From contig NC_043002.1 in assembly GCF_006345805.1 (NCBI RefSeq), positions 110,546,001 through 110,610,000 on the forward strand: 64,000 bases of DNA, in the 5' to 3' direction. Below the pieces are notes generated by a model, which was given only the letters and a program-made list of their open reading frames with translations, did not search any database and was not told where the DNA came from. The stretch is from Octopus sinensis (lineage: Eukaryota). Shown here in pieces: positions 12,981 to 25,910 of the stretch. Positions within the stretch are counted from its first letter, which is position 1, and every line of letters begins with the position of its first letter. Position numbers and translations under genes: made by a program.

Positions 12981-13549
12981 TTAAAGTTGCCTGAGGGAAA
13001 TTAACATCCTCTTTTTCCTTTTTTTCTACATTACAACAATTCCTCTCGTTTTATAAACCTCATCTTTTTCATTAATCCCACTTTACCAATTATTGGCTGT
13101 TGCATAAAACCTCATAACTGCTTTGTCTCCTTTTACCATTTTCTCATTTGGTGATAATGTCTGCTGCCACTTTGATGATACCTAATAAGGCTTCTGTTGG
13201 TTAGTATGGTGGATGCTGGTGCTTATTGGTTTTAGTACAGTAGTTTCAAATTCAATAAATGATCAGAAATTAATGATGAACATTTTTAAAAAATGGTAGA
13301 ATATAAGTGGTAGAAAAAAAGAACATCTGATGATTTTCTTTTTTTAACTTTATAAATTTTCTTTCAAATTCCTAATAAATATATTAGTGGGATCTCAGGC
13401 AAAATGACATAATACACAATATCAGATATGCTAGATACACAGAAGTAATTAGCTGAAGAAACACTATGAAATAAAAATCTATCTATGTACTGCTGAGCTG
13501 GTTGACAGGTATAGTAGATAATTTCTATTATCAAGATGACTGAAGTGCT

Positions 13550-13765
13550 GTCGTTTAGCCCCAGGTTAGCCTTGATTGAGCAAACCTATCATCAAAGATG
13601 TTCTAACTATGATCAACTTTGTCTTTTTTTTCCCTAGACAGCATCAAAGGCTATATTATTTAAAGTATCCTTCTATTTTTAAAGCAGTAGAAGTAATTTC
13701 AAGGAAATTTGACAGCCAAAGCTAGTGGGTAAAGAACCACATAAAGGTTCCTTTATTGGCTCATG
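13550..13765. repeat. Old ~210-bp interspersed repeat (family E, probably a SINE); other decayed copies near 320, 15230, 20780, 22660, 29920, 37885, 38145, 56455, 58440, 62000
   Basis: Shared skeleton TTTAGCCCCAGGT.AGC.CTGATTGAGCA.ACCTATGATCAAAG...GTGTGATTT...GATTTG.CTGCTATTTCTAG...ACCACATAGAG seen in both orientations. Confidence 0.65.
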
Positions 13766-16250
13766 AAAACCATAGTGTTGGATGTAATTATAGTGGAAGA
13801 ATTGACGAATGAGAAAGAGATGGAAGTAGTTTAAGTCATTCTTTTATTGACAACAAAATATTCCTCACTTCATATAGAAAGTATTAAAACAGATTATATT
13901 ACCATATTGACGGTATTAAAACAGATTATGAAGAAACTAGTGATGTCTCTGCAAATTGTAATATCAAATTTTATTCTGTAATGAAGAAGATAGATCTACT
14001 GTTTTTAAGTAGAAACCTTCATCAGAGAGAGATGGAACATTTCAAACTGAATTCTTCAGAATGTGATGAAATGTTTATTAGTTGCAAGATAAATAAATCA
14101 GGAGTAGTGAAAGGGAGAAAAAAAACTGTTGCAGTAAAGAATAAAAAAAAGAGGTGGGAAAGTTAACAGGTGTTTGTGGGAGGGACGGACAATGGTCAAA
14201 GCAAGAGGGAACAATATAAGGAAGACCAGTAGTTGAAAGACATTGAACAGGGGAGGTAATGACTAGGAAACACTATAGATATCCATATAAAAGGTAGATT
14301 GTATGAAGCAGGCAGGTGTAAGGAGATTGATAACTACATGGCCATGTGACTTGAACATTAAAAAGAGGAGAAATGAGTCCACTTTGATCACTTGGAAATG
14401 CAACATCAACTTACATGGAAATTAAAGTACAAGTGAGCAAGCCAGGCATTAAAGCATTCCCCAATGTAAAGAGGAGAAATAGTTGTCCTGGAGCAATGAG
14501 TAAAAAGGTATTGTGATGACAGTGAAAGACTACTCCTGATAGAGTATGACTAAGGAAGATATGAAGAAAAGAAGTCAGTTGTCATGGTGATAGAAGGAGT
14601 GGCAGTAGGCTGTACCCATTTAATTCATGCCAAACAAATATAAAAAATATATCCTCACATTTTGGCTAAGAATGGAATTGCATTATGTAATATTAGTTCA
14701 CTGGTCCAAAAGCATGTGTGTGTGTGGGGTGGCATTTAAAATGTGACTGATATCATAATAACTACATTAAAAGTGATGTGTACCTTGCTACTTTCTGACA
14801 TATGTGTTATAAGTGTGGTAGCAGATACTACATTTCTTGCTTTGCAGCACAACTCTTAAATATTATCAAGTATAAATTAACCAGGAAGAGTCTTTGGAAT
14901 TCTTTGCAAGCTCAACAAAGTTGCTGTATTCAAGCATTGTAATTATCCATTGTTGCAACCCTCAGCATCACCGCTACCATGATTATGATGAAAATCTTGC
15001 TCAAGAAGCAGTGTATTTAGTTGAGAATATAAGTAAAGAATTTAAGTAAAGGGAAGTTTGAGTTGCATATGAAGTTTTTGGTACCATTCCAAAGTAGGTT
15101 AGAGGTGTTCAAGGGCCTTTAGGATATTTACTTGTAGGTTTTTGGTAATATTCATGAGTCCTAAACTTGGTTTAACATTTATTTGTTCAATGACAGAATA
15201 AGTAGAGACCAATGTTTATTATTGGCTTAATGAGCCAATGAAAGAGCTTCTACATAGTCATTCAATCTGCTAGAAATAATAGCCAAGTCTCCTACAAATT
15301 CCACCCTTACATCTTAAGTAAAAGACACATTGGGCTATGTAATCCCAGATATATAAAAAGATGTGATGGTTACAGTTTGATTGCCTTTAGATCTTAAGTC
15401 TGCTAAATCAGGGTTGAACTGGTGCATGTTAAACAGCAATTGATGAACAATTAAACTTTAAAAGAACATTTTGTTGTTATTGTAGTCAGCCATCTCTGTT
15501 TTAATTTGCAAACACAGGGAGTAAGTAGTAACTAATGATGATAAAGGACTAGCCACTGATCATGCACATTGACTATGTACATTTTAGAACTCAGGTTGCG
15601 AAGGCATACTGTCCTTAAATTAAAATGTAGCCTTATTCAAAAACATGTAACCCCATTTTAGATCACATAAACATAGTCTAAAGCATGTGCTAAATATGGC
15701 TTGGGGGAGACTGTTGTTCTCTTACATTCAAACTACACATATTCAGTTCTAAATTCACTAGACTGTATCCAACAGTAGTTTGAGCATGTAAAGGCCATTA
15801 TATGTCTTAATATATATAATTGAATATGTGTATGTATGTCTATATGTGTATTCCAAGTTGTAGTCAACAGTTTTGGGTCTAGCAACTGAAATTTTATGTA
15901 GTGGCTCAACTTTTTAGAGAGGAATCATAGGTTATGTGGCTTTTAAGTTCTGTATTTGTCCACCTTTTTTTTTTTTTTTTGCATAATTTTATGCAACTCA
16001 TCTTGAATTATTTTTTATTTGGCTTCAAGGAAATAATTCTGAGTGAATCAACATTTCCAGATGAACTGAACATTGTTGGCATCATTTATTCCAAATACTG
16101 TGGATTCATATATTTGTATTTATTTTAAGTATTAATAAATCCAAGCAAGACCAGTTATTGCTGCTAGTGTAATGTATTTTAAAGCTGTTGTGGATTTTGT
16201 TTTAATATATAGAGTAGCTGGTTCTTTGCTTTCTCAATACCAATCTGTTG

Positions 16251-16595
16251 TGTGCCGTTGCCAGCGCCGCCCCGACTGGCCTCGTGCCGGTGGCACGTAA
16301 AAAACACCATCCGTTCGTGGCCATTGCCAGCCTCGCCTGGCCCCCGTGCCAGTGGCACATAAAAAGCACCATCCGATCGTGGCCGTTTGCCAGACTCGTC
16401 TGGCACCTGTGCCGGTGGCACGTAAAAAGCACCCACTACACTCATGGATTGGTTGGCGTTAGGAAGGGCATCCAGCCATAGAAACATTGCCAGATCAAAC
16501 TTGGCCTGGTGCAGCCTTCTGGCTTCCCAGACCCCAGTTGAACTGTCCAACCCATGCTAGCATGGAAAGCAGACGCTAAACGATGATGATGATGA
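16251..16595 (+). mobile_element. RTE LINE 3' end (family B) with 3-unit hairpin array and (GAT)n tail
   Basis: Three GTGCC.GTGGCAC.TAAAAA.CACC units, then the conserved 3' UTR and GATGATGATGATG. Confidence 0.9.
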
Positions 16596-17060
16596 ATTAA
16601 CATTGTGTAACAAGATGAAGAATAATTACTTGATGACTTTAGAAAAGTAGAGAGCTGCTATTTAATGAAGCAATAAGAATTCTTATCTGTGTGGATTTTC
16701 TATTGTTAAGTTCTATTAATGCTTCAGTTGTAGTGTCCATTGTGAGTTTCTCCTTTACTGCTTGTTATGTGTGTTTAAGACATAATATTCCAGTTTTTAA
16801 GTTGTTTTATTCGTTAGAAGAAAGCTGGCTGCATCACTAATTACAATGTATACTGCTAGATTTACTTATTAACAAGTCAAATGTAAAACTATCCAATAGA
16901 ACTATGTAATTTACTGTGTATTTTAGAAAATTACATTTGTGCTAATACCAATGCTTCTACACTGCAATCTGTTCTTTGTAACTGTTTCATCAAACACCAT
17001 TTATCACCACCATTCAATCTGATGTTCTGATCACTGAAGTTTTAGTGGTGCCTATGTAAA

Positions 17061-17789
17061 GGCATGTGGCTTAGTGGTAATCACTATTCGGCCCAGGATC
17101 ATAAGGTCATGAGTTCGATTCCCAGCAGCATGTTTTGTCCTTGAGCAAGACACTCCATTTCACATTGCTCCAATTCACCCAGCTGGCAAAAATGAGTAGT
17201 ACCTGTATTTTAAAGGGGCCAACCTTGTCACATCCTGTATCTCACTGAATATCCCCGAGAACTACATTAAGAGCTCACATTAAGAGCAGGAGTGGCTGTG
17301 TGGTAAGTAGCTTGTTTACCAACCACATGGTTCCGGGTTCAGTCCTACTGCGTTGCACCTTGGGCAAGTGTCTTCTACTATAGCCTCGGGCCGACCAAAG
17401 CCTTGTGAGTGGATTGGTAGACGGAAACTGAAAGAAGCCCGTCGTATATATGTATATATATATGTATGTGTGTGTGTTTGTGTGTCTGTGTTTGTCCCCC
17501 TAGCATTGCTTGACAACCGATGCTGGTGTGTTTATGTCCCCGTCACTTAGTGGTTCGGCAAAAGAGACCGATAGAATAAGTACTGGGCTTACAAAGAATA
17601 AGTCCCGGGGTCGATTTGCTCGACTAAAGGCGGTGCTCCAGCATGGCCACAGTCAAATGACTGAAACGAGTAAAAGAGTAAAGAGTATGTCTGTAGAATG
17701 TTCAGCTACTTGCATGTTAATTTCATGAGCAGACTGTTCCGTTGATCGGATCAACTGGAACCCTTGTCATCGTAACCGACGTAGCGCCA
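17061..17789 (+). mobile_element. tRNA-derived SINE of a third family, split by a family A insertion (host 17061-17280 plus 17689-17789)
   Basis: A-box TGGCTTAGTGG, B-box GAGTTCGATTCCC, TGTCCTTGAGCAAGACACT motif; the body resumes after the insert. Related heads near 57235 and 60931. Confidence 0.75.
17286..17686 (+). mobile_element. SINE family A nested in another SINE
   Basis: Full family A sequence with GAGTAAAAGAGTAAAGAGT tail. Confidence 0.93.
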
Positions 17790-19724
17790 ATGGTGGTTGT
17801 GATGCTGCTCATTGCTGTTGTTTATTATGGTAGATGTGGTGATGACAGTGGTTTCTCTTGTATGCTGTTTGCAATGGTGGTTGGTCATTGGTAATTGTGT
17901 TGTAATAGTGATTATGGCAGTCTTCATTGTTATGGAAGTATTGTTGTTGTGATGATTGCCACTTCTGCCTTTGTCAAAAAGTTAAAATTCTGCTATCCTA
18001 AATTAAACACCAGTTACCGTTTTTTCCTTTCTCACTCCTTCCTACACATTTTTCCCTTTTATTTTGTTTCTGTGTGTGTCGTTACATTTTATTTTATTTT
18101 TCATTTGAAATTGAAAATTTATTATAAAACGTTATATAGAAGTATATGCCTACTGAATATAAATTGTCTCATTTGGCAAATTATTTGGGAAAAGAAGTAG
18201 AGCTGGGTGTCTTTGTAGTCATTAGCTTTTGTCTTAAGTAAAATAGCAACAAAGGGGAAAACATATATAATTAACAGAAATATATCAAAAACTTATTCTC
18301 TTGCCAGGCAAAAATTAAAAACAAATATGACATCTCAAGAGAAACATTTGTGTGTGTGTGTATATATACAGTATGACTGTATGGACAGATGAGTAGAGTG
18401 TGCATATGTAAATGTAGTGTGTATTTTTGTAAAATTAATGCATGTCTATTATGAATAAAATACATCAGTGTGTATATATAGTAAAGTGTGTTGTATATAT
18501 GTACATACATATACACTATCTATCAACCTACCCTCACACACACATACACTTCATCTACTCCCTCCTCCCCATAAATTACCTACTTACTGTATTTATATGT
18601 TTGTTTGTATGTTTGAGTGTGTGTGTGTGTGTGTTTGTGTGTGTACATGTACACACATAAATGATAAAAATCAAATAGAATTAAACATGTAAATTGCCTG
18701 CGATTGTTCTTCTAAAAATGTTTCTTATTGAATTTCCTCCCTTTTGCTAACACTAACTGCCGCCATCTCCTTGTTTATTGTTTGCATTGTAAGCAATCAT
18801 ACAGTTGGTTGAAGAAATATTTCCACCAAGAATTTATTGTTTGCAATAAGTTAATAAGTTGAAATAATGCTTCAAGCTTGTTATCTCGACAATGCGGTGA
18901 CACAAGAATAAAAGGCAATACTCCCCATACTGCTGATAATAATTTCCGGCTTCTCATATGAATTAAACTGATGCATATGAAAATAGAAATTATTGCTATT
19001 TGATAGTTTGAGTTTGCAATGGCTAGTATTCACCTTTTTTTTCATTTTTTTTCTATTTCTCTTTCTTTTTTTTTTTTATTGGTTTGGTTTTGTTCTCCTA
19101 AAGCTTTTGTCCATGCACAGTTCCAATGCAATTCTTTTGATGGCTTTATAAGTTCAAAGCCAACACCTAAGCCTATCCATTAAATTCTGCTAAAGAGGCT
19201 AATATTGATACAAAGCTGGAGTATGTTGCATGACCTCTACTAACCAGATCAATAGAACATTGATTTCCAACAGCTGAGGAATAAGGTTCAATCTTTCTAA
19301 CCTAACCCATTCCTTACCTCACTTCTTTCTTTTTCTCCATATTTTCTCCACTTTTTCTTTCTTCCTTTCTATCCTTTTATGTTTCTAATATTCTTTCTTT
19401 CTATCATTCATTCTTTTTCTTCCTTCCTTCTTTCTTTCTTTCTTCCTTCCTTTCTTTCTTTCTTTCTTTCTTCCTTTCTTCCTTCCTTCCTTCCTTCCTT
19501 CCTTCCTTCTTTTCTTTCTTTCTTTCTTTCACCTTAGAAGTAGTGAAAACATCATTGGTTGTTTTAGTGGGGAATTCTATATGATTCACTTTTTTTCCTT
19601 TTTTAACTTATGTTGCATAAGTTTTGTGAAGTATTATCTCAGCTGGAAACGAAGAGTGTTCATGCACAAGCACATATTGGTGTGTGTATATTTGTTTGTG
19701 AGGAGGGAAGATTATATGAGACAA

Positions 19725-19820
19725 ACATATGTAAGAATCATAATGCTGTATAGCTGTGAAGCATGGCCAATGAAGGCACAAGATTTGTCGCAGTCAAATA
19801 GAAAGGATGGCCAGTGTTAA
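19725..19820 (+). mobile_element. Small RTE RT fragment
   Basis: YVRIIMLYSCEAWPMKAQDL matches the RTE LYGCEAW motif. Confidence 0.6.
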
Positions 19821-20989
19821 CTTATAAGAAAGGCTGAACACTAATTAGTGGAAAAACATGAGCCATAATAGACATAAAGAGAAATTATTTAGTCCTAAAT
19901 CAAGCATACTGTGATTAAAAGTGTTAATGTGCCTTTGTGGCTTTATTATTTTTTTTTAAAGATAAAACATTTTGGGGTGTGCATTGAGGGAGATTTGGAC
20001 CAGTAATGTAACAGGATGAAAACTTTTCCTGAGTTGATGATGGAAGATACTCAGGATTGGAATAGACCAAAGAATTATGTCAACTCAACAACATTGAGCT
20101 TCACTGTCTCACAAAATGGATTAAGCATCAGGTGATGTCTTAATACACATTTATTCAATTCAAAGCAAAGCTGATATTTTTTGTAAAATTATTAGTTTGT
20201 AGAAAAAGTATGTTATTCCATAGCACTTCACAATCCCTGTAGCCTGGTGAAGTAGATGTGGTTATGTTCAGATTGAACCTCTAATAATTGGTATTTTGTG
20301 AGGAAACTGTGAAGAGGGGAATTGTTCCAGAAGAATGAATGAATGAAGAAGTGTTTAGTACAAAGTGTAGGGAGTAGAGGAGCAAAGGACAGTTGGGTAT
20401 ATCAAATGGGATCGTGGTAGCAGAATTAATTTCATCATTTCAATTTTTTTTTCTCTCTCTCTTTCTCTTATGCTTTTAATTTCATTAGAGACATTGAGAA
20501 CATCATTATATTCCATATTTGTTTTGCTGGCTGTCTTGGGAGACTGTTTCATCTGATGTTTTTAACGTCATTGCTTTACTTCAGAGTACAAAATATATTG
20601 CCAAAACCTTAATATTTCTATATATAAATCTAATATAAAAAAAAAAAAAAAATTCTGTTGCTTTATCTGAAATTTCTGATGAAAAGTTAATTATGCTACT
20701 TGATCTGTAGAGCAGAAATACTTGAATCGACAAAAAATTGGACAACCTGTTGATGAGTCTTGCAACCATATATGATTGTAGATTATATGTTTCAGAGCAG
20801 AGGGTTTTAATCTGAATTTATGGTTTTTATGTTAGAAAGTAAATGACACATTGGATAATGTAGTGCAAGGTGCATTATACCTGGAGAAAAAAATAGATGC
20901 GATGATTACAGATGGAGTGTCTTTTAATAACTCTGCAGAATCAGAACTGACTGGATTGGAAAAAAGAACTGTTATACATACACACAATT

Positions 20990-21420
20990 ACATAAACCTC
21001 TTGGTAAGTAATTTTGAACATAGGCATAAGGATAGAAATTTAGAGAAGGGAATAGTTGATTATATCACCTTCAATACTCAACTGTTACTTTTATTGACCT
21101 CCAGAAGGATGAAAGGCAAAGGATGACTATGACAGGTTATGAACTGATAATGTAAATAACTGGAACAAATAGTGTAAGGCATTTGTTTGATGCTCTCATG
21201 ATTGGTTTCAACGTTTGGCACAACAAAGCCAGTAATTTCAGGGGAGCAGATAAGTCGATTAAATCAACCTCAGCACTCAGCTGGTACTTATTTTATGAAC
21301 CTCAAAAGGATGAAAGGCACAGTCTACTGTGGCAGCATTTGAACTTCGAATGTGAAGGTGGAGGAAATGCTGCTAAGCATTTTTTCTAGTGCTATAACAA
21401 CTCTGCCAGCTGAGCTGCCT
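20990..21420 (-). mobile_element. Two tandem decayed family C SINE copies; similar decayed clusters at 35480-36070 and 37150-37360
   Basis: GGATGAAAGGCA and CTGGTACTTATTTTAT motifs; head CTCTGCCAGCT. Confidence 0.6.
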
Positions 21421-21659
21421 TCCATTGCCCTAATTATAACTAATAATTTAGGTTTATGTATTATATAACACTCTAAATGAATTAGCATCTTCATGATGAA
21501 TATCAATTTCCAGTGTTAAAAATAGATAGCAAGTTACAGTGATCTGAGAATGTTAGACAGACCTTCAATGTGTTGCAAAACATCAAGAACTGCTTCTATC
21601 TCTCATTCACATGGAACAAAGTGCCTACTTTCTCAGAGGGTCACCTTCAACTTCTCTTC

Positions 21660-21846
21660 TCTCTTTCACTTGTCATGCTGGGGCATTGCCTTGAAGGGTT
21701 TCACTCAAACAAATTGATCCCAATACCTTTTTTTTTCAGCCTGGTACTAATTCTATCAGTCTTTTATGCCAAACTAAGTTACAGGAATGTAAATAAACCA
21801 GCACTGGTTGTCAAGTGACATTGGGGGGCTAACACAAATATTCACA

Positions 21847-21890
<44 letters not shown>

Positions 21891-22068
21891 TATATATGTA
21901 TATGTATGCATGACAAGCTTCTTTCAGTTTCTGTCTACCAAATCCACTTACAAGGCTTTGGTCAGCTCAAGGCTAGAGCAGAAGATATTTGCCCAAGTAC
22001 CACACAGTGGGAATGAACTTGGAACCATGTGGTTAGGAAGCAAACTTCTAACCACATAGCCATGTCTG
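21660..22068 (-). mobile_element. Older diverged SINE family A copy
   Basis: TTCTTTCAGTTTCTGTCTACCAAATCCACT...GGAACCATGTGGTT...ACCACATAGCCATG. Confidence 0.8.
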
Positions 22069-22146
22069 AATATATTTTGTTTATTTATCTTTCTTGCCCT
22101 AAAAACATATGTATATGAATTTAATTAAGCTTTTAACAGGTTGTAA

Positions 22147-22574
22147 TACTCTTACTCTCTCTTTACTCTTTTACTTGTTTCAGTCATTTGACTGTGGCCA
22201 TGCTGGAGAACCGCCTTTAGTCGAGCAAATCGACCCCGGGACTTATTCTTTGTAAGCCCAGTACTTATTCTATCGGTCTCTTTTGCCGAACCGCTAAGTG
22301 ACGGGGACGTAAACACACCAGCATCGGTTGTCAAGCAATGCTAGGGGAACAAACACAGACACACAAACACATACACACATACACATATATATATATATAT
22401 ATACATATATACGACAGGCTTCTTTCAGTTTCCGTCTACCAAATCCACTCACAAGGCATTGGTCGGCCCGGGGCTATAGCAGAAGACACTTGCCCAAGAT
22501 GCCACGCAGTGGGACTGAACCCGGAACCATGTGGTTGGTAAACAAGCTACTTACCACACAGCCACACCTGCGCC
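22147..22574 (-). mobile_element. SINE family A, full length, young
   Basis: Near-identical to the other family A copies. Confidence 0.93.
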
Positions 22575-22849
22575 TATATAAAATTTCTCATAATGTCATC
22601 TTTTCTGTATAAGATATATCTGGTTTAAATGTATGTAATGATGGTGTCCTTGCATGAATAGACTTATATTCAAAAGTAGTCCAGCTGTAATCACTCTACC
22701 TTTTTTACCATTTTTTTTCCTTTTCAGGCATCATGTATCTTATGGTGTATTTTAGATATCATCGTTTTTGAGAATAAGGGAGATAATAGAGTGTGAATTA
22801 AAAGAAATTTGTCTGTTATTTCTATCCGGTTTCTATATAGGCTTATATA

Positions 22850-23082
22850 TATTTCTTTACTACCCACAAGGGGCTAAACACAGAGGGGACAAACAAGGAC
22901 AGATAAATGGATTAAGTCGATTATATCGACTCCAGTGCGCAACTGGTACTTAATTTATCGACCCCGAAAGGATGAAAGGCAAAGTTGACCTCGGCGAAAT
23001 TTGAACCCAGAACGTAACGCCAGACGAAATACGGCTCCGCATTTCTCCCAGCATGCTAACGTTTCTGCCAGCTCGCCGCCTT
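22850..23082 (-). mobile_element. SINE family C, full length, 16-bp TSD
   Basis: Head GGCGGCGAGCTGGCAGAA; TSD TATATAGGCT(T/C)ATATA at 22834-22849 and 23083-23098. Confidence 0.92.
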
Positions 23083-23794
23083 TATATAGGCTCATATAAT
23101 GGCGGTTATTGCTGCTGTTGTTAGGTAGCTACAGTTTCCTATAAATGCACTGATTTTGTTTCAAGGTGCATTTGTCCATAGGTCAAAGTGTGGAACAGTT
23201 GTCCTGGAGGTCATGAGATCAAATTCAATTATCAGTATTACATAATAAGACCTTTTGCTATAATGGGTTCACTTGATGCAACTGAATTCCATTTCATTTT
23301 GAAGGTGGTGTTTTGAGAATTCAGCTGTAAGCATATTCTTCAACAATTTATAAAAATATTCATATTTGCAGATTTATTCAATTCATAACAGCATGGAATA
23401 GGCTGTTGTACATGTATATTCATTACTATACACTGGAAAACAATACATTTCAAAGGTGAAAAGATGCATTTTTCATTGATGGGAATCAAATTATGTGGTT
23501 TGAACCATGTGATTGACTGGTTTGATTCCCATTGCAGAAAAGAAAAAAAAAAAACTATACATTTTTTTCTTTGAAGCAGGATGTTTGCAAATGTATACAG
23601 ATTAATATTTTTGCACAAAAACGTCTCCACTATTACTTGAGAATTGTATAGAAAAAAAAATACATAGAAAACAGTAAATTCAACACATCCTCACAAGGCT
23701 AAAATCAGCTTACCTGGTGACTTCCAATACAGCAAAATAGAGTATCAGCGATCAGGTGTAGAATGCAAGTATCTGTGTATGTATGTATGTATGA

Positions 23795-24395
23795 TGATGA
23801 GAGTGGAACACAGAGCTCTGTCAATACATGCTGCAGTAGTGTGATTTGCTAATAAACTACTGATGCAAGAGATGAAAGATGGTGGAACCCACAGGTAGGA
23901 AATTTTGATTGGAGATTGGCATGTCAGACATGGTCGAAGGTTTTATTAATGTCAATGACAACAACATTGTTTTTGCTGCGCATCTCCATATAAGAGCCGA
24001 CTGGTGAGTAACATAAAAGAGTAGGTCTTCTGTGGATCTGGCTCTGCAGAAGCTGTACTAGTGGTCATGGAGGTGAGGTGTTGAAGAAAATCATTGTTAA
24101 CCACTTCCTTCAATATCTTATAGACATACATATGTAAAAAGCACCCACTACACTCGCAGAGTGGTTGGCGTTAGGAAGGACATCTAGCTGTAGAAACACT
24201 GCCAGATCAGACTGGAGCCTGGTGCAGCCCCTGTCTTCCCAGACCCCGGTCGAACCGTCCAACCCGTGCTAGCGCGGAAAACGGACGTTAAACGATGATG
24301 ATGATGATACAATAGGATGATGGTTGGCTGGGTCAGAGGGGTTACTTTTTCATTGCACTGTAGTAAACTTCCAAATGGCAGGACATATCTTCAAA
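23795..24395 (-). mobile_element. CR1/L2-group LINE RT fragment, decayed, interrupted by an RTE 3' end
   Basis: Minus strand gives PAIWK...SNPSDPANHHPI / YSFCRARSTEDLLFYVTHQ / VVVIDINKTFDHV*HANLQSK, compared with the canonical NYRPISL, QYGFR..RST.DLL and ALDISKAFDRVWH. Confidence 0.8.
24133..24308 (+). mobile_element. RTE 3' UTR fragment (family B) with (GAT)n tail
   Basis: GTAAAAAGCACCCACTACACTC...GGACGTTAAACGATGATGATGATG. Confidence 0.88.
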
Positions 24396-25221
24396 TAGAA
24401 AGTGAGAGATTAAAGAAAAAATATAAATATGTTTCTTTGTAAATAAACAATAGAAAAAATTACTAAATAAATAAAATGGATTATACTGAAAGGTTTTATG
24501 TCTGTTTGTTCTCTCATCATGAACAAATGCCTCTCATTATTCTATTCATGAAAATGACTCTATAGGAATTGCTATTTAAATGAAACACTAAAAAAGACAT
24601 CAGTACAGCAAAAACTTTTGGCTTGTCTTGGTCTTGTTCAAAATATGGAAGAAACTTAACTACCAAAACAAATCATCATCATCATTGTTCGACCGTGGTC
24701 GAGACTTTCATAGTCTTTTCAAATGGCTAATAATGTGTGCGCGCGCCACTACTACATACATTGGAAAGCATTGTACAACCAAGTACTAAAGAAGATCTTT
24801 CCTCCTCCATGAAACAAAGCTGTTCCCGCTGGACGTCAACCCAGTATTTCTAAGCTACGGACCAAGTGATTTATTGTAAGGTTATCTCCCTAGATAGATT
24901 GCCTTCACTACGGCTTTCTACCCCAAAACAAATACTCTGCTCACTGTTGTTGAATAGCATAAGAAATCAGGATAGGTCCTGCCTGTGATACAACGATGTG
25001 GTTGAGTGTAATATGAGGTTGGATAGCAATACCTGTGGCTGGATCACAGGAGCTGTAACTTGAGATATTTCATATGGACAGCTATCCCTCAACTGACACT
25101 GATGACATATTATCAAAGCTTCTCTGCTCACTGTTATTATTAGTATTTCTATGATGATCACCATCACTAGTTTTACTATGACCATAACTACATCTTTAAT
25201 AATATCCCTACCACCAATACC

Positions 25222-25446
25222 TATTTCTTTATTACCCACAAGGGGCTAAACATAGAAGGGACAAACAAGGACAGACATAGGTATTAAGTCGATTACATCG
25301 ACCCTAGTGCGTAACTGGTACTTAATTTATCGACCCTGAAAGGATGAAAGGTAAAGTCGACCTCGGCGGAATTTGAATTCACAACGTAACGGCAGGCGAA
25401 ATACCGCTAAGCATTTCGCCCGACGGTGCTAATGTTTCTACCAGCT
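25222..25446 (-). mobile_element. SINE family C, 14-bp TSD
   Basis: TSD CTACCACCAATACC at 25208-25221 and 25447-25460. Confidence 0.92.
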
Positions 25447-25871
25447 CTACCACCAATACCAGCTACCCATCCACTGTAGTCTTCCACATCTACTTCTTTA
25501 ACCATCCGCTTCAGCCAACCAAGCAACCACTTATTTCCGCCAACACCATTTACACAAGCACGAACGACCACTAATGATATATTGCAAAAGTATTTGTTTA
25601 TTGCCTGTCTTGCTAATTTAAGGGACCACCCACTGCCCTCAACCACCATAACAACCCCAACCAATCGTCATTATTTAAAGTATATTTTATATGAAGGTCC
25701 AAGCCAAAGGTTACATTTGAAAGGTCAGATATTGACCTCACACTCTTTATTTTCCATTTTGATTTGCCTTGTTTCTACTTCCACTGAGTTTTTATTGGCT
25801 TTGCTGTAAATTTTTATTAAAACATGGCTTACTTTGGAAAAACCTCATAAATATGAAACACTTCAGAATCA

Positions 25872-25910
<39 letters not shown>

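Noticed and set aside
13881-13929. 17-bp direct repeat around 15 bp (similar short duplications at ~6287 and ~10304)
   Set aside because: Consistent with ordinary repair or slippage duplications; no element recognisable between the copies.
14848-15045. Possible exon after CTTGCTTTGCAG
   Set aside because: All frames from that acceptor hit stops, donors are weak, and no protein similarity is recognised.
17061-17130. tRNA gene
   Set aside because: A and B boxes are present but there is no acceptor stem or cloverleaf, and the sequence continues into a SINE body. The same applies to family A and C heads.
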